The notes below the pieces were generated by a model that was given only the letters and a program-made list of their open reading frames with translations, was not told where the DNA came from and made no database searches. From NCBI GenBank assembly GCA_018658305.1, contig JABHVM010000073.1:1-59420 (forward strand): 59,420 bases of DNA, in the 5' to 3' direction. The stretch comes from Thiotrichales bacterium. Lineage in GTDB: Bacteria > Pseudomonadota > Gammaproteobacteria > GCF-002020875. Below are positions 16,140 to 27,329 of the stretch, in pieces (within the stretch, counting starts at the first letter, position 1; every line of letters begins with the position of its first letter). The translations under genes and the position numbers were made by a program.

Positions 16140-18599
16140 CTAATCTCTTAATTTAGCTTCAAAATTCTGTTTTAAGTTTGAGACAATAGATTTAATTATG
16201 TCATCAACCTCTTCATCAATAAGAGTTTTTTCACTATCTTGCAGGATGATTGAGAGCGCAATGCTCTTCTCATCTGGAGCTAAATTATCTCCTTGATAGA
16301 GGTCAAACAGAGAGACATCACGCAATATTTTATCGGTAACACTCTCTTTAACTGTATCAATTAACTCTTGTGCCGCAACGCTATCTTTAACCAAAATTGC
16401 AATATCACGGCGCACAGTCGGAAATTTTGATAGTTGCTGAAAGCTGAATATATCTCTCTGCTGTAAAGGCTCTAACTCAAATTCAAATAGATATATATTT
16501 TTAGGAAGTGACAGTTTTACTGCTACCCCTGGATGGATGGATCCTATCCAACCTATACTGTTTTCAGCAATATCAACTTGTGCTGCTTTACCTGGATGGA
16601 GCAGAGGATGTACACTGTCGCGTATAGATAACGAGGCGTTGAGTGGAGTTAATAGAGGTTCAAGATCACCTTTAAGATCAAAAAAGTCTACTGCTCTACT
16701 GTTACTTCCCCACTGCTCAGGTGTAATATCTCCAAACAGTACTCCACTTAACATATTCTGTTGGCGCAGAGTTCCATCAGGCTCTTCGATAAATCTAAGT
16801 CCCATCTCAAATAGACGCACCTGACTCTGTTGGCGTTTAAGGTTGAAGCTAAGAGTCTGGAGTAGACCGCTCCAGAGAGTAGTACGCATAACAGAAAGAT
16901 CGCTAGAGATAGGATTCGCTAGTGCCAGTGCAGTGCTCTCAGGATCAACTATCTTCTGCATCTCTGGATCTACAAAACTGTAGGTGATAACTTCGTGATA
17001 CCCCTGATTAACCAGTAGGTGACGAATATAGTTTGGCGTCAGTATAGTTTCGGTAATAGGTTCAATTTCAGCACTCCACTCTGGATGGGTGCTGGGAAGA
17101 CGGTCATAACCGTAAATTCGTGCGACCTCTTCAATTAGGTCAGCTTCAATTTTTAAATCAAAGCGCCAAGATGGTGAGAGGACTCTCCACTCATTATCCT
17201 CTAACTCGACCTGCATTCCTAGAGCTGTTAGCATTGCACTAACCTCGTCCATTTTAAGGTTAGAGTCTCCCTCACCTATATCTAATCCTAAGGAACGCTG
17301 TAATCTATCTCGACGCAGAGTAATATTATTCTGTTTAGGAAGAGTTGAGTTATCTACAACCTCTGTCACCTCTCCAGCTCTGCCGCCTGCAATTTCTAGC
17401 AGGAGTGAGGTTGCTCTATCCATTGCTAACTGCTGCAACTCGGGGTCAACTCCGCGTTCGAAACGGTGCGAAGAGTCTGTATGCATACCGTAGCTCCGCG
17501 CTTTACCAGCAATAGCTAACGGCGCAAAGAACGCACACTCTAAAAATAGGTCTGTGGTGTTATCGCTAACTCCACTATGCTCTCCACCCATAATTCCTGC
17601 TAACGCAAGAGGAGCGCCATTTTCAGTTGAGCCATCTGCAATTACTAGAGCATCTTGATTCAGTATCAGCTCTTTGCCATCAAGTAGAACCATCTTCTCG
17701 CCATTAGTAGCACGGCGCACTACTACAGAGCCGTTTAGTTGCGCTAGATCGAATGCGTGCATTGGTTGTCCCAACTCCAGCATTACATAGTTGGTTACAT
17801 CTACTAGAGGACCAAGAGAGCGCATTCCAGCACGACGCAAGCGCTCTTGCATCCAGAGAGGAGTAAGCGCAGCTGGATCTACTCCCTCAATTACTCGCCC
17901 CAGATATCGAGGACAACTCTCACTATCTTCTACCGCTACAGAGACCATCTTCTCTGCATTAGCGTCAGAGTTTATAGCTACAGTAGAGAAGCTCTCGGTA
18001 ATAGCCCCCACCTTATGTTGGTTAATAGCTCCAACTTCGCGTGCAACACCGATAATGCTGAGACAGTCTCCTCGGTTTGGAGTGAGGTCAACTTCAACTA
18101 TCTTATCATCCAACCCTAACAGTTTACGAATATCAGTTCCTGGTATCACAGTAGCGGGGAAACGCTCTAACTCTCCCCCCTCCTCTACCAAGCCAAGAGT
18201 TGCCATTGAGCAGAACATACCAAACGATGGTACTCCACGCAGTTTTGCCTTCTTAATCTTTAACCCTTTCTCGCCCTCTGCTGCTGGAGGTAACACGCAT
18301 CCAACTTTTGCAACAGCGATCATCTCATCAACTGCAATATCTGCGACATTAGTTACGATAGTTAATGGTTCATCTCCACTACCTTCTGCAGAGATAGCAA
18401 CTGTAGTAACTCTTAATCTATCTGCGTCAGGATGTGGGGCTACTGAGAGAATCTTGCCGACAACTACTTTCTCAAACTCTGGGGCAGCACTCTCTACAGA
18501 GTCTACCTCTAACCCCGCCATGGTGAGCTGCTCTAAGAGCTTCTCTGTCGATATCTCTGGATTGACCCACTCTCTTAACCACGCTTCACTAAACTTCAT
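16140..18599 (-). CDS. pheT: Phenylalanine--tRNA ligase beta subunit
   Basis: 819 aa. N-terminal MKFSEAWLREWV is a typical PheT start. tRNA-binding, B3/4, B5 and FDX-ACB organisation. Directly downstream of pheS. Confidence 0.95.
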   Translation of the reverse strand: MKFSEAWLREWVNPEISTEKLLEQLTMAGLEVDSVESAAPEFEKVVVGKILSVAPHPDADRLRVTTVAISAEGSGDEPLTIVTNVADIAVDEMIAVAKVGCVLPPAAEGEKGLKIKKAKLRGVPSFGMFCSMATLGLVEEGGELERFPATVIPGTDIRKLLGLDDKIVEVDLTPNRGDCLSIIGVAREVGAINQHKVGAITESFSTVAINSDANAEKMVSVAVEDSESCPRYLGRVIEGVDPAALTPLWMQERLRRAGMRSLGPLVDVTNYVMLELGQPMHAFDLAQLNGSVVVRRATNGEKMVLLDGKELILNQDALVIADGSTENGAPLALAGIMGGEHSGVSDNTTDLFLECAFFAPLAIAGKARSYGMHTDSSHRFERGVDPELQQLAMDRATSLLLEIAGGRAGEVTEVVDNSTLPKQNNITLRRDRLQRSLGLDIGEGDSNLKMDEVSAMLTALGMQVELEDNEWRVLSPSWRFDLKIEADLIEEVARIYGYDRLPSTHPEWSAEIEPITETILTPNYIRHLLVNQGYHEVITYSFVDPEMQKIVDPESTALALANPISSDLSVMRTTLWSGLLQTLSFNLKRQQSQVRLFEMGLRFIEEPDGTLRQQNMLSGVLFGDITPEQWGSNSRAVDFFDLKGDLEPLLTPLNASLSIRDSVHPLLHPGKAAQVDIAENSIGWIGSIHPGVAVKLSLPKNIYLFEFELEPLQQRDIFSFQQLSKFPTVRRDIAILVKDSVAAQELIDTVKESVTDKILRDVSLFDLYQGDNLAPDEKSIALSIILQDSEKTLIDEEVDDIIKSIVSNLKQNFEAKLRD

Positions 18600-18671
18600 A
18601 TCTATTATCCATCTATTATTTAGTCACTATTTAATTATGTACTTAATTGGTTTAACCCAAAAAATATTTAT

Positions 18672-19712
<1,041 letters not shown>

Positions 19713-19777
19713 TTACTATTTTATTACTGATATCATTATTTGCAACCCAATATTTAGAACGTAAAATTTAGAACATA

Positions 19778-19818
19778 AAAAAAGCAGCAACTTTCTCTCA
19801 AAAGTTGACTGCTTTTTT
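19778..19818 (-). terminator. Intrinsic terminator / possible attenuator between rplT and pheS
   Basis: On the minus strand: A-run, stem GCAGTCAACTTT...AAAGTTGCTGC (one bulge), then TTTTTTT. Symmetric A/T runs make it potentially bidirectional. Confidence 0.6.
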
Positions 19819-19865
19819 TACGCATAAGTTCTACTATTTAAGCTTGCTAAATTTAAGAGCACCGC

Positions 19866-20219
19866 TTATAGAGCGGCTTTAGCTTGCTCTGCAATTGCCG
19901 CAAATGCAATCTTATCATGGACAGCAAGATCAGCTAAAACTTTACGATCAACTTCAACTCCAGCTTTGTTAAGGCCGTTAATCATGTTGCTATAGGATAG
20001 TCCGTTGTTACGAGCCTCCGCATTAATTCTAACAATCCATAGTGAACGAAACTGACGTTTTTTCTGACGACGATCACGGTAGGCATACTGTCCAGCTTTA
20101 GTGACGGCCTGTTTAGCAACGCGATATACTCTACTCCGCGCTCCGTAATATCCGCGCGCCTCTTTTAAGACTTTCTTATGGCGTGCTCTAGCTTGAACAC
20201 CTCTTTTTACTCTTGGCAT
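19866..20219 (-). CDS. rplT: 50S ribosomal protein L20
   Basis: 117 aa. [39 protein letters not shown] is the canonical L20 start. Confidence 0.97.
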   Translation of the reverse strand: MPRVKRGVQARARHKKVLKEARGYYGARSRVYRVAKQAVTKAGQYAYRDRRQKKRQFRSLWIVRINAEARNNGLSYSNMINGLNKAGVEVDRKVLADLAVHDKIAFAAIAEQAKAAL

Positions 20220-20235
20220 ATTTTATTCTCCTAGC

Positions 20236-20433
20236 TTAAGCGTAAGGTAGCATGCGTTTAACCGCATCCGTATTACTTTCGTGAACACCTAATTGACTAC
20301 GCAACTGACGCTTGCGCTTAGTAGATTTCTTAGTCAAGATATGACTACGGAACCCTTGCCCTCGCTTGAAACCGCCTGACGCGGTACGCTTGAAGCGCTT
20401 AGAAGCACCTCGTTTTGATTTCATTTTTGGCAT
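20236..20433 (-). CDS. rpmI: 50S ribosomal protein L35
   Basis: True start is the internal [15 protein letters not shown] (ATG 20433). The 12-codon ORF-track extension is not L35-like. The C-terminus LPYA matches E. coli L35. Confidence 0.95.
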   Translation of the reverse strand: MPKMKSKRGASKRFKRTASGGFKRGQGFRSHILTKKSTKRKRQLRSQLGVHESNTDAVKRMLPYA

Positions 20434-20562
20434 CTTTATCACCTCTATGTAATGTGGGAAAAATCCCATTTAAAATTCTCAGCAGGTGTGCCTTTAACCA
20501 AACTGAGACTGAATTAACTATTGTAGCATATAAAAGTGAGGTAGTCACTTCTTCTTTTTAGA

Positions 20563-21126
20563 TCATTTTTTCTTTTTAGAGATTGGACCTATCACCATTA
20601 CCATCTGGCGCCCCTCCATCTTGGGGAACTGTTCAACCTTGCCGTAGTCAACTAAGTCGGCTTCGATTCTCTTTAACATTTCCATCCCTAACTCACGATG
20701 CGCCATCTCTCGTCCACGATAGCGGATAGTGATTTTTGTCTTATTACCCTCTCCCAGAAACTGCATTAGGTGTTTAACTTTAATTTGGTAGTCACCATCT
20801 CCAGTGCCAGGACGGAATTTAATCTCTTTAACCTGCATCTTCTTCTGTTTCTTCTTAGCAGCGTTTTTCTTTTTACTCTCTTCAAAAAGAAATTTACCGT
20901 AGTCCATCACTTTACATACTGGCGGAGCTGCCTTTGGTGCAACTTCTACTAGATCCAATTCGGCCTCTTCAGCCATTACTAGAGCTCTAGCTAGAGATAC
21001 AATTTCAGACTCATCACCCTCTGCTCCAAATACGCGAAGCTCCTTTGCGGTAATGTCCTCATTAATCCTATGCTCTCTTACTTTTTCAGGAGCTTTTCCT
21101 CTAGCTCCTATTGGTGGATATGCGAT
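20563..21126 (-). CDS. infC: Translation initiation factor IF-3, probable non-AUG (AUC) start
   Basis: Colinear with E. coli IF-3 from ~[13 protein letters not shown] to the C-terminus. AGGAG lies 8 nt upstream of in-frame ATC 21126. The ORF-track GTG 21165 would add a hydrophobic extension that contains the SD. infC classically uses a non-AUG start. Confidence 0.85.
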   Translation of the reverse strand: MAYPPIGARGKAPEKVREHRINEDITAKELRVFGAEGDESEIVSLARALVMAEEAELDLVEVAPKAAPPVCKVMDYGKFLFEESKKKNAAKKKQKKMQVKEIKFRPGTGDGDYQIKVKHLMQFLGEGNKTKITIRYRGREMAHRELGMEMLKRIEADLVDYGKVEQFPKMEGRQMVMVIGPISKKKK

Positions 21127-21275
21127 CTTAAATTCTCCTAAAAATATATATAATAAACCACTCACTAACTGCTAATTACTTACTATTAACTACCCAACTA
21201 TCAACTACTACTAACTAAACTAATATACTACAACTAATAATTTATTTAATCAATAAAATTGACAGTAAAACTTTT

Positions 21276-23186
21276 TTATTTACGCTCTTTCAGATCTTGC
21301 TGTAGTCGCTCTATAAACTGATCTATTTTTACTGTGCCGAGATCTTCCCCACCTCTTGCACGAACTGCCACAGCTCCATCTTCCATCTCTCTATCCCCTA
21401 TAACTAATATGTATGGAACTCGCTGCATAGAGTGTTCACGAATTTTAAGACCAATCTTCTCATTTCTCAAGTCAGACTCTACTCTAAATCCTAAATTGTT
21501 TAGTTTAGTCGCTACCTCTTCAGTAAACTGACGCTGCTTGTCTGTAATGTTAACTATTACAGCCTGGATTGGAGCAAGCCAGAGAGGCATAGAGCCAGCA
21601 TACTCCTCAATTAATATTCCAACAAAGCGTTCGAGTGAGCCGAGTATTGCGCGATGCAACATAACTGGGCTCTTTTTCTCACCACTTTCATCTATGTAGG
21701 TCGCATCTAACCGTCCTGGCATTGAGAAGTCAACTTGAATCGTACCACATTGCCACACTCGACCTATACAATCTTTTAGTGAGAACTCAATTTTTGGACC
21801 ATAGAATGCTCCCTCTCCTGGCTGAAGATCCCAATCTAGTTCGCTTCTATTAAGGGCGGTCTCTAGCGCCTCCTCAGCCTGATCCCAGACATCATCACTG
21901 CCTACCCGCTGCTCTGGACGCGTTGAGAGCTTTATGATAACTTCGTTAAACCCAAAGTCTCGGTAGACCTCAAATAGTAGCTCCATAAATGCAGCCACCT
22001 CTTGTTGAATCTGCCCCTCAGTGCAGAAGATGTGAGCGTCATCTTGAGTAAAATTGCGCACTCGCATCAATCCATGCAGCGTGCCAGACGGTTCATTGCG
22101 GTGACAAGAGCCAAACTCAGCCATACGCAACGGGAGGTCACGATAGCTACGCAGACCTTGATTGTATATTTGAATATGTCCAGGACAGTTCATAGGCTTA
22201 ATTGCGTAGTCACGATTCTCTGAGTGAGTAGTGAAGATCATATCTCCAAACTTATCCCAGTGTCCAGACTTCTCCCACAGTACTCTATCTATAACTTGCG
22301 GAGTGTGCACCTCTTGATAGCCGTGGTGGCGCAATTTCTCACGAATATAATCTTCCACTTCGCGATAGATTGACCACCCTTTACTATGCCAGAAGATCAT
22401 TCCAGGAGCCTCCTCCTGTGCGTGGAATAGATCTAGCTTCTTCCCTATTTTACGATGATCCCGTTTCTCCGCCTCTTCCAAATTATGAAGATAGGTCTTT
22501 AACTGTTTCTTATCAGGGAAGGCAGTTCCATAGATGCGTTGCAGCATCTCATTATTGGAGTCTCCTCGCCAATATGCGCCTGCCAGTTTCATCAACTTGA
22601 AACCGCCTTTAAGGTGTCCAGTTGATGGAACATGTGGTCCACGACAGAGATCTATAAAATCACCTTGACTGTATAGGGATAGGGTCTGGTCAGCAGGGAT
22701 GTCTGCAATAATCTCTGCCTTATATTTTTCACCTTTATTTATAAAAAACTCTACAGCCTCATCTCTGCTCATTTCAGAGCGTTCAAGAGGAAGATTCTGT
22801 TTAGCTATCTCAGCCATCTTCTGTTCTATTTTTTTAAAATCATCGGTACTGAATTTATCTTCTCGAGAGAAGTCATAATAGAATCCATTTTCAATTACGG
22901 GACCAATGGTTGTCTGAGTCTCAGGATAGAGCTCTTTAACTGCTTGTGCTAGGAGGTGCGCGGTCGAGTGGCGAATTATGTCAAGCCCCTCTATGTCTCT
23001 CTTAGTAATGAGTGAAAGATTTACATCACTCTCGATGAGATAAGAGGTATCAACAATAGTGTTATCAATTTTCCCTGCAAGTGCTGCCTTAGCAAGTCCT
23101 GGACCTATATCAGATGCCACATCTAAAACAGTAACTGTTTGATCAAAACTACGCTTAGAGCCGTCAGGCAGGGTAATAACTGGCAT
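21276..23186 (-). CDS. thrS: Threonine--tRNA ligase
   Basis: 636 aa. [10 protein letters not shown] start (TGS domain), editing-domain HSTAHLLA, and class II motifs ([26 protein letters not shown]; GTIQVDF). Confidence 0.97.
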   Translation of the reverse strand: MPVITLPDGSKRSFDQTVTVLDVASDIGPGLAKAALAGKIDNTIVDTSYLIESDVNLSLITKRDIEGLDIIRHSTAHLLAQAVKELYPETQTTIGPVIENGFYYDFSREDKFSTDDFKKIEQKMAEIAKQNLPLERSEMSRDEAVEFFINKGEKYKAEIIADIPADQTLSLYSQGDFIDLCRGPHVPSTGHLKGGFKLMKLAGAYWRGDSNNEMLQRIYGTAFPDKKQLKTYLHNLEEAEKRDHRKIGKKLDLFHAQEEAPGMIFWHSKGWSIYREVEDYIREKLRHHGYQEVHTPQVIDRVLWEKSGHWDKFGDMIFTTHSENRDYAIKPMNCPGHIQIYNQGLRSYRDLPLRMAEFGSCHRNEPSGTLHGLMRVRNFTQDDAHIFCTEGQIQQEVAAFMELLFEVYRDFGFNEVIIKLSTRPEQRVGSDDVWDQAEEALETALNRSELDWDLQPGEGAFYGPKIEFSLKDCIGRVWQCGTIQVDFSMPGRLDATYIDESGEKKSPVMLHRAILGSLERFVGILIEEYAGSMPLWLAPIQAVIVNITDKQRQFTEEVATKLNNLGFRVESDLRNEKIGLKIREHSMQRVPYILVIGDREMEDGAVAVRARGGEDLGTVKIDQFIERLQQDLKERK

Positions 23187-23239
23187 TATGTAATCTCAAT
23201 CTAATTTTTAATTTCTGTTTCTAAGCTTTATTAATAATA

Positions 23240-23316
23240 TGGTGGGTGCGAGTGGATTCGAACCACCGACTTCCACCATGTCAAGGTGGCACTCTAACCA
23301 ACTGAGTTACGCTCCC
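23240..23316 (-). tRNA. tRNA-Val (anticodon GAC)
   Basis: The reverse complement folds as a cloverleaf: GGGAGCG-UA-ACUC-AGUUGGUUA-GAGU-G-CCACC-UUGACAU-GGUGG-AAGUC-GGUGG-UUCGAAU-CCACU-CGCACCC-ACCA. Core is near-identical to E. coli tRNA-Val(GAC). CCA is encoded. One A4:A69 acceptor-stem mismatch. Confidence 0.9.
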
Positions 23317-23374
23317 AAATTAATCGTGGCGAATTTTACACCACAATATAAAAGTATATCAAGATTTAATTTAT

Positions 23375-25942
23375 CTAAACCAAATCTTTTTTTGAGAAAT
23401 CCATACTCTTATATATTTCAGAGTGTGAATTACTCAACAACTTGAGCTGTTGGTGATACTCCTCAACTGTTGGGATTTTCCCCATCACAGCCGCGATGGT
23501 TGAGAGCTCTGCTGAGGCGAGATAGACATCTGAGCTGTTTCCTAATCTATTTGGAAAGTTACGGGTTGAGGTAGATAGTGCTGTACTATTATCAGCAATA
23601 CGCGCTTGGTTCCCCATGCAGAGAGAGCAGCCTGGCGTCTCTAGCCGTGCCCCAGAGCGCCCAAACACATTATAAACCCCCTCCTCCATTAACTGCTCTC
23701 TATCCATTCTGGTAGGAGGTGCGATCCAGAGTCTGGTAGAGAGAGCTGATACATCTTCTAATAGTTTACCCGCCGCTCTAAAGTGTCCAATATTTGTCAT
23801 GCAGGAACCGATAAAGACTTCATCAACTTTTACCCCCGCAACTTCAGAGAGTTTTTTCGCATCATCAGGATCATTCGGCGCACAGAGAATTGGCTCCACA
23901 ATGCTGTTCATATCAATTTCAATAACCGCAGCATAAGTTGCATTCTGATCTGCGCGTAAAAGTTGAGGTGATTTTTCTGACGCAGCTAGCCACTGTTCCA
24001 TTGCAGCAATACGACGCTCTAGAGTTTTCCTACTCTCATAACCATCTTCTATCATTGTTTTGAGAAGCGCAATATTTGAACGCAGATATGCTGCTACGCT
24101 CTTCTCGCTTAGGTTGATTGTTGCTGCACTAGCTGAGCGTTCAGCACTCGCATCAGTCAACTCAAACGCCTGTTCTACTGGGAGATCCTCTAACCCTTCG
24201 ATCTCCAAGATTCGACCAGAGAAGATGTTCTTCTTCCCCTTTTTTTCAACAGTTAGAGCTCCCTGTTTAATCGCAAAATAGGGTATAGCATGCACTAGGT
24301 CGCGTAGAGTTATACCTGGCTGTAGATCTCCACTAAATCTAACTAGCACTGATTCAGGCATATCTAAAGGCATAATGCCAGTGGCAGCGGCAAAAGCTAC
24401 TAGACCAGATCCTGCTGGAAATGAGATGCCTAGAGGGAAACGGGTATGAGAGTCACCGCCCGTGCCGACTGTGTCTGGGAGTAACATTCTATTAAGCCAG
24501 GAGTGAATAATTCCATCTCCAGGTTTTAGAGAAATACCTCTGCGCTCCTGCATAAAATTTGGGAGGGTTTTTTGGGTAGTAATGTCTACTGGACGCGGAT
24601 AGGCCGCAGTGTGACAGAATGACTGCAACACTAGGTCTGCACTGAAATCTAAACAAGCGAGATCTTTGAGTTCATCTCTCGTCATTGGACCTGTCGTATC
24701 TTGTGAGCCAACACTGCTCACTCTTGGTTCACAATACTCTCCTGCAGCAACTCCACTTCGTCCACATGCTCTGCCAACCAACTTCTGAGCAAGAGTATAT
24801 GTGGTTTCAGAATCCTCTGTAGAGTGGATATCAAACTCTGTAAATGGAGATGGATCAGTTCTTCCTAATAGTTTACGAGACTGCTCCGTTAAGGCTCGCC
24901 CAATCATTAGTGGAATTCTCCCTCCAGCTTGAACCTCCGCTAAGATTATCTCTGTTTTTAACTTAAATGTAGTGATAAGTTTAGAGCTCTTGTGATCTCG
25001 TAACTCACCTTGGAGTGGATAGAGATCTACAGTATCTCCCATATTTAGTGAGGATACGGACATCTCTAGTGGAAGAGTTCCAGCGTCCTCCAGAGTGTTG
25101 AAGAATATCGGGGCAATCTGTCCACCAAAGCAGTATCCTCCATCTCTCTTATTTGGGACATACTCTATATCATTTCCAGTATGCCAGAGTAGCGAGTTTG
25201 TTGCTGACTTGCGAGATGATCCTGTGCCAACTACATCCCCTACATATACTATAGGGAACCCCTTCTGTTTTAACTCTGCAATCTTCTCCAGCGGATCTCC
25301 ATCCAAGCCTGCTCGTTTCATCTTTAACATAGAGAGTGCATGTAGTGGAATATCTGGGCGTGACCAAGCATCCATACCAGGCGAGAGGTCATCAGTATTA
25401 GTTTCACCTGGAACTTTAAATACGGTTAGGGTTATCTTCTCTGGCAGGGCTGCTCTCTTTTTGAACCACTCTGCAGATGCCCAGCTCTCCATTACTTCTG
25501 CAGCACTTTCACTTCCTTTTTTTCGTTTATCGTTAACACTATTAATTGCATCATAAATAAGAGTTGTATGGCTAAGTGCAACTACAGTTGCTGCGACAAC
25601 TTCAAGTTCATCACTATCTAACGCTGCAATTAGTGGGGCGATATTGTAACCACCACGCATAGTAGCTAACATCTTAACTGCTGCCACCTTAGTTAGTGGG
25701 GCAGAAGATACTCCCTCCTCTTCAACTATAGATGCTAAATATTCGGCCTTAACTTTTGCGGCAGCATCAACTCCTGGTGGAACTCTATTTTCTAGCAGAT
25801 ATAGGAGTTCATCTATCTGTTCAATATCTGTTGTAGAGTTCAATAAAGCAGTTATTTTCTCTACCTCTTCAGCAGTTAACGGTTCTGGAGGGAGTCCGTC
25901 CGCAGCTCTTCTCTTCTCTTCTACTCTATATTTTTGCAACAT
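23375..25942 (-). CDS. acnB: Aconitate hydratase B (bifunctional aconitase 2 / 2-methylisocitrate dehydratase)
   Basis: 855 aa. Colinear by eye with E. coli AcnB along its whole length (e.g. TVFKVPGETNTDDLSP, GDSHTRFP, IGSCMTNIGHFRAAGKLL, CSLCMGNQAR). Confidence 0.95.
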   Translation of the reverse strand: MLQKYRVEEKRRAADGLPPEPLTAEEVEKITALLNSTTDIEQIDELLYLLENRVPPGVDAAAKVKAEYLASIVEEEGVSSAPLTKVAAVKMLATMRGGYNIAPLIAALDSDELEVVAATVVALSHTTLIYDAINSVNDKRKKGSESAAEVMESWASAEWFKKRAALPEKITLTVFKVPGETNTDDLSPGMDAWSRPDIPLHALSMLKMKRAGLDGDPLEKIAELKQKGFPIVYVGDVVGTGSSRKSATNSLLWHTGNDIEYVPNKRDGGYCFGGQIAPIFFNTLEDAGTLPLEMSVSSLNMGDTVDLYPLQGELRDHKSSKLITTFKLKTEIILAEVQAGGRIPLMIGRALTEQSRKLLGRTDPSPFTEFDIHSTEDSETTYTLAQKLVGRACGRSGVAAGEYCEPRVSSVGSQDTTGPMTRDELKDLACLDFSADLVLQSFCHTAAYPRPVDITTQKTLPNFMQERRGISLKPGDGIIHSWLNRMLLPDTVGTGGDSHTRFPLGISFPAGSGLVAFAAATGIMPLDMPESVLVRFSGDLQPGITLRDLVHAIPYFAIKQGALTVEKKGKKNIFSGRILEIEGLEDLPVEQAFELTDASAERSASAATINLSEKSVAAYLRSNIALLKTMIEDGYESRKTLERRIAAMEQWLAASEKSPQLLRADQNATYAAVIEIDMNSIVEPILCAPNDPDDAKKLSEVAGVKVDEVFIGSCMTNIGHFRAAGKLLEDVSALSTRLWIAPPTRMDREQLMEEGVYNVFGRSGARLETPGCSLCMGNQARIADNSTALSTSTRNFPNRLGNSSDVYLASAELSTIAAVMGKIPTVEEYHQQLKLLSNSHSEIYKSMDFSKKDLV

Positions 25943-26001
25943 ACTCTATTTTATCCTCAATATCTATTTTTTCTCTATAATATTATCTGCTTAATGGTAG
26001 A

Positions 26002-27327
26002 TCAGCGTTCATCCATCGGAATATAATCGCGTTTAGTGGCACCTAGGTAACATTGACGAGGGCGGCTTATTTTAGAGCTATCATCTCCCATCATCTCATT
26101 CCACTGCGATACCCACCCTACAGTGCGTGCCATCGCAAAAATTACGGTAAACATATTTAATGGAATACCTATCGAAAGCATGATTATGCCGGAGTAGAAG
26201 TCCACATTAGGGTAGAGTTTGCGCTTTATAAAGTACTCATCAGCTAGTGCCATACCCTCTAATTTGAGAGCCATATCTAACAGTTTTTTATTTTCTACGG
26301 AGAGGGCACTCTCACTCTCACTCCCAATACGGTGACAAAGTTTACGAATTATTTTTGCACGAGGATCGTAGTTTTTGTAGATACGATGCCCAAAACCCAT
26401 CAGTCTAAAGCTATCACTCTTGTCTTTAGCTCGCTCTATATAACTCTCTATACTTTTTTCAGAGCTCATCATATCTTGCAACATACGAATAACAGCCTCA
26501 TTTGCTCCACCATGAGCTGGACCCCAGAGTGATGCTATCCCAGCAGCAACGGAGGCAAATGGGTTAGCTTCAGAGCTACTAGCTAAACGAACTGTTGAGG
26601 TGGAAGCATTCTGTTCATGGTCGGCATGTGAGATCATAATAACCTCTAAGGCTTGAGCGATAAGTGGATCTACTATATATTTATCCGTCGGAAGGTCGAA
26701 CATCATATGAAGAAAATTTTCCACGTAAGTATAGTCATGTCGAGGATAGACAAACGGCAATCCATTCGCATAGCGGTAACTCCAAGCCGCAATAGTAGGC
26801 ATCTTGGCGATCAGAAGCTTTGCGGCATCTTTTCTATTTATAGGGTCGTGAATATCTAAATACTTATGGTAGAAAGCGGAGAGCGCTCCCACTACTCCAA
26901 CCATAATTGCCATAGGATGGGCGTTGGAGTGAAAGCCAGAGAAGAAGCGTTTAATCTCCTCCTGCAGAAGACTATCTTTGGTTATCTCTACTGAAAACTC
27001 ATCGAGCTCGCTTTGTGATGGAAGATGCCCACAGAGGAGCAAAAATGCTGTTTCTATAAATGAGCTCTCCTCTACTAACTGTTCAATTGGATAACCTCGA
27101 TACTGAAGCTCCCCCTTCTCACCATCTAGATAAGTTATTTTACTCCAGCAGCTTGCGGTGACTGTAAAACCGGGATCATAGGTGAAGAGCCCGAGCTTAT
27201 TGTGAAGCGATTGAATGTCTATAATCCGATCCCCTTGAGTAGGTTCAATTATATCTAGCTCAATCGAATTGCCAGTCTGATTATCAGTTATAGTAACTGT
27301 GTTTACCCTATCCTTATCTGTGCTCAT
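26002..27327 (-). CDS. gltA: Citrate synthase (type II, GltA)
   Basis: 441 aa. GFGHRIYKNYDPRA catalytic signature and HADHEQNAST block. The SD AAGGAG lies inside the last icd codons, with a 2-nt gap to the icd stop. Confidence 0.95.
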   Translation of the reverse strand: MSTDKDRVNTVTITDNQTGNSIELDIIEPTQGDRIIDIQSLHNKLGLFTYDPGFTVTASCWSKITYLDGEKGELQYRGYPIEQLVEESSFIETAFLLLCGHLPSQSELDEFSVEITKDSLLQEEIKRFFSGFHSNAHPMAIMVGVVGALSAFYHKYLDIHDPINRKDAAKLLIAKMPTIAAWSYRYANGLPFVYPRHDYTYVENFLHMMFDLPTDKYIVDPLIAQALEVIMISHADHEQNASTSTVRLASSSEANPFASVAAGIASLWGPAHGGANEAVIRMLQDMMSSEKSIESYIERAKDKSDSFRLMGFGHRIYKNYDPRAKIIRKLCHRIGSESESALSVENKKLLDMALKLEGMALADEYFIKRKLYPNVDFYSGIIMLSIGIPLNMFTVIFAMARTVGWVSQWNEMMGDDSSKISRPRQCYLGATKRDYIPMDER

Positions 27328-27329
27328 AA

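Noticed and set aside
23239-23445. 68-aa plus-strand ORF
   Set aside because: It starts inside the tRNA-Val gene on the opposite strand and runs into the acnB 3' end. It is an artefact of the ORF caller.
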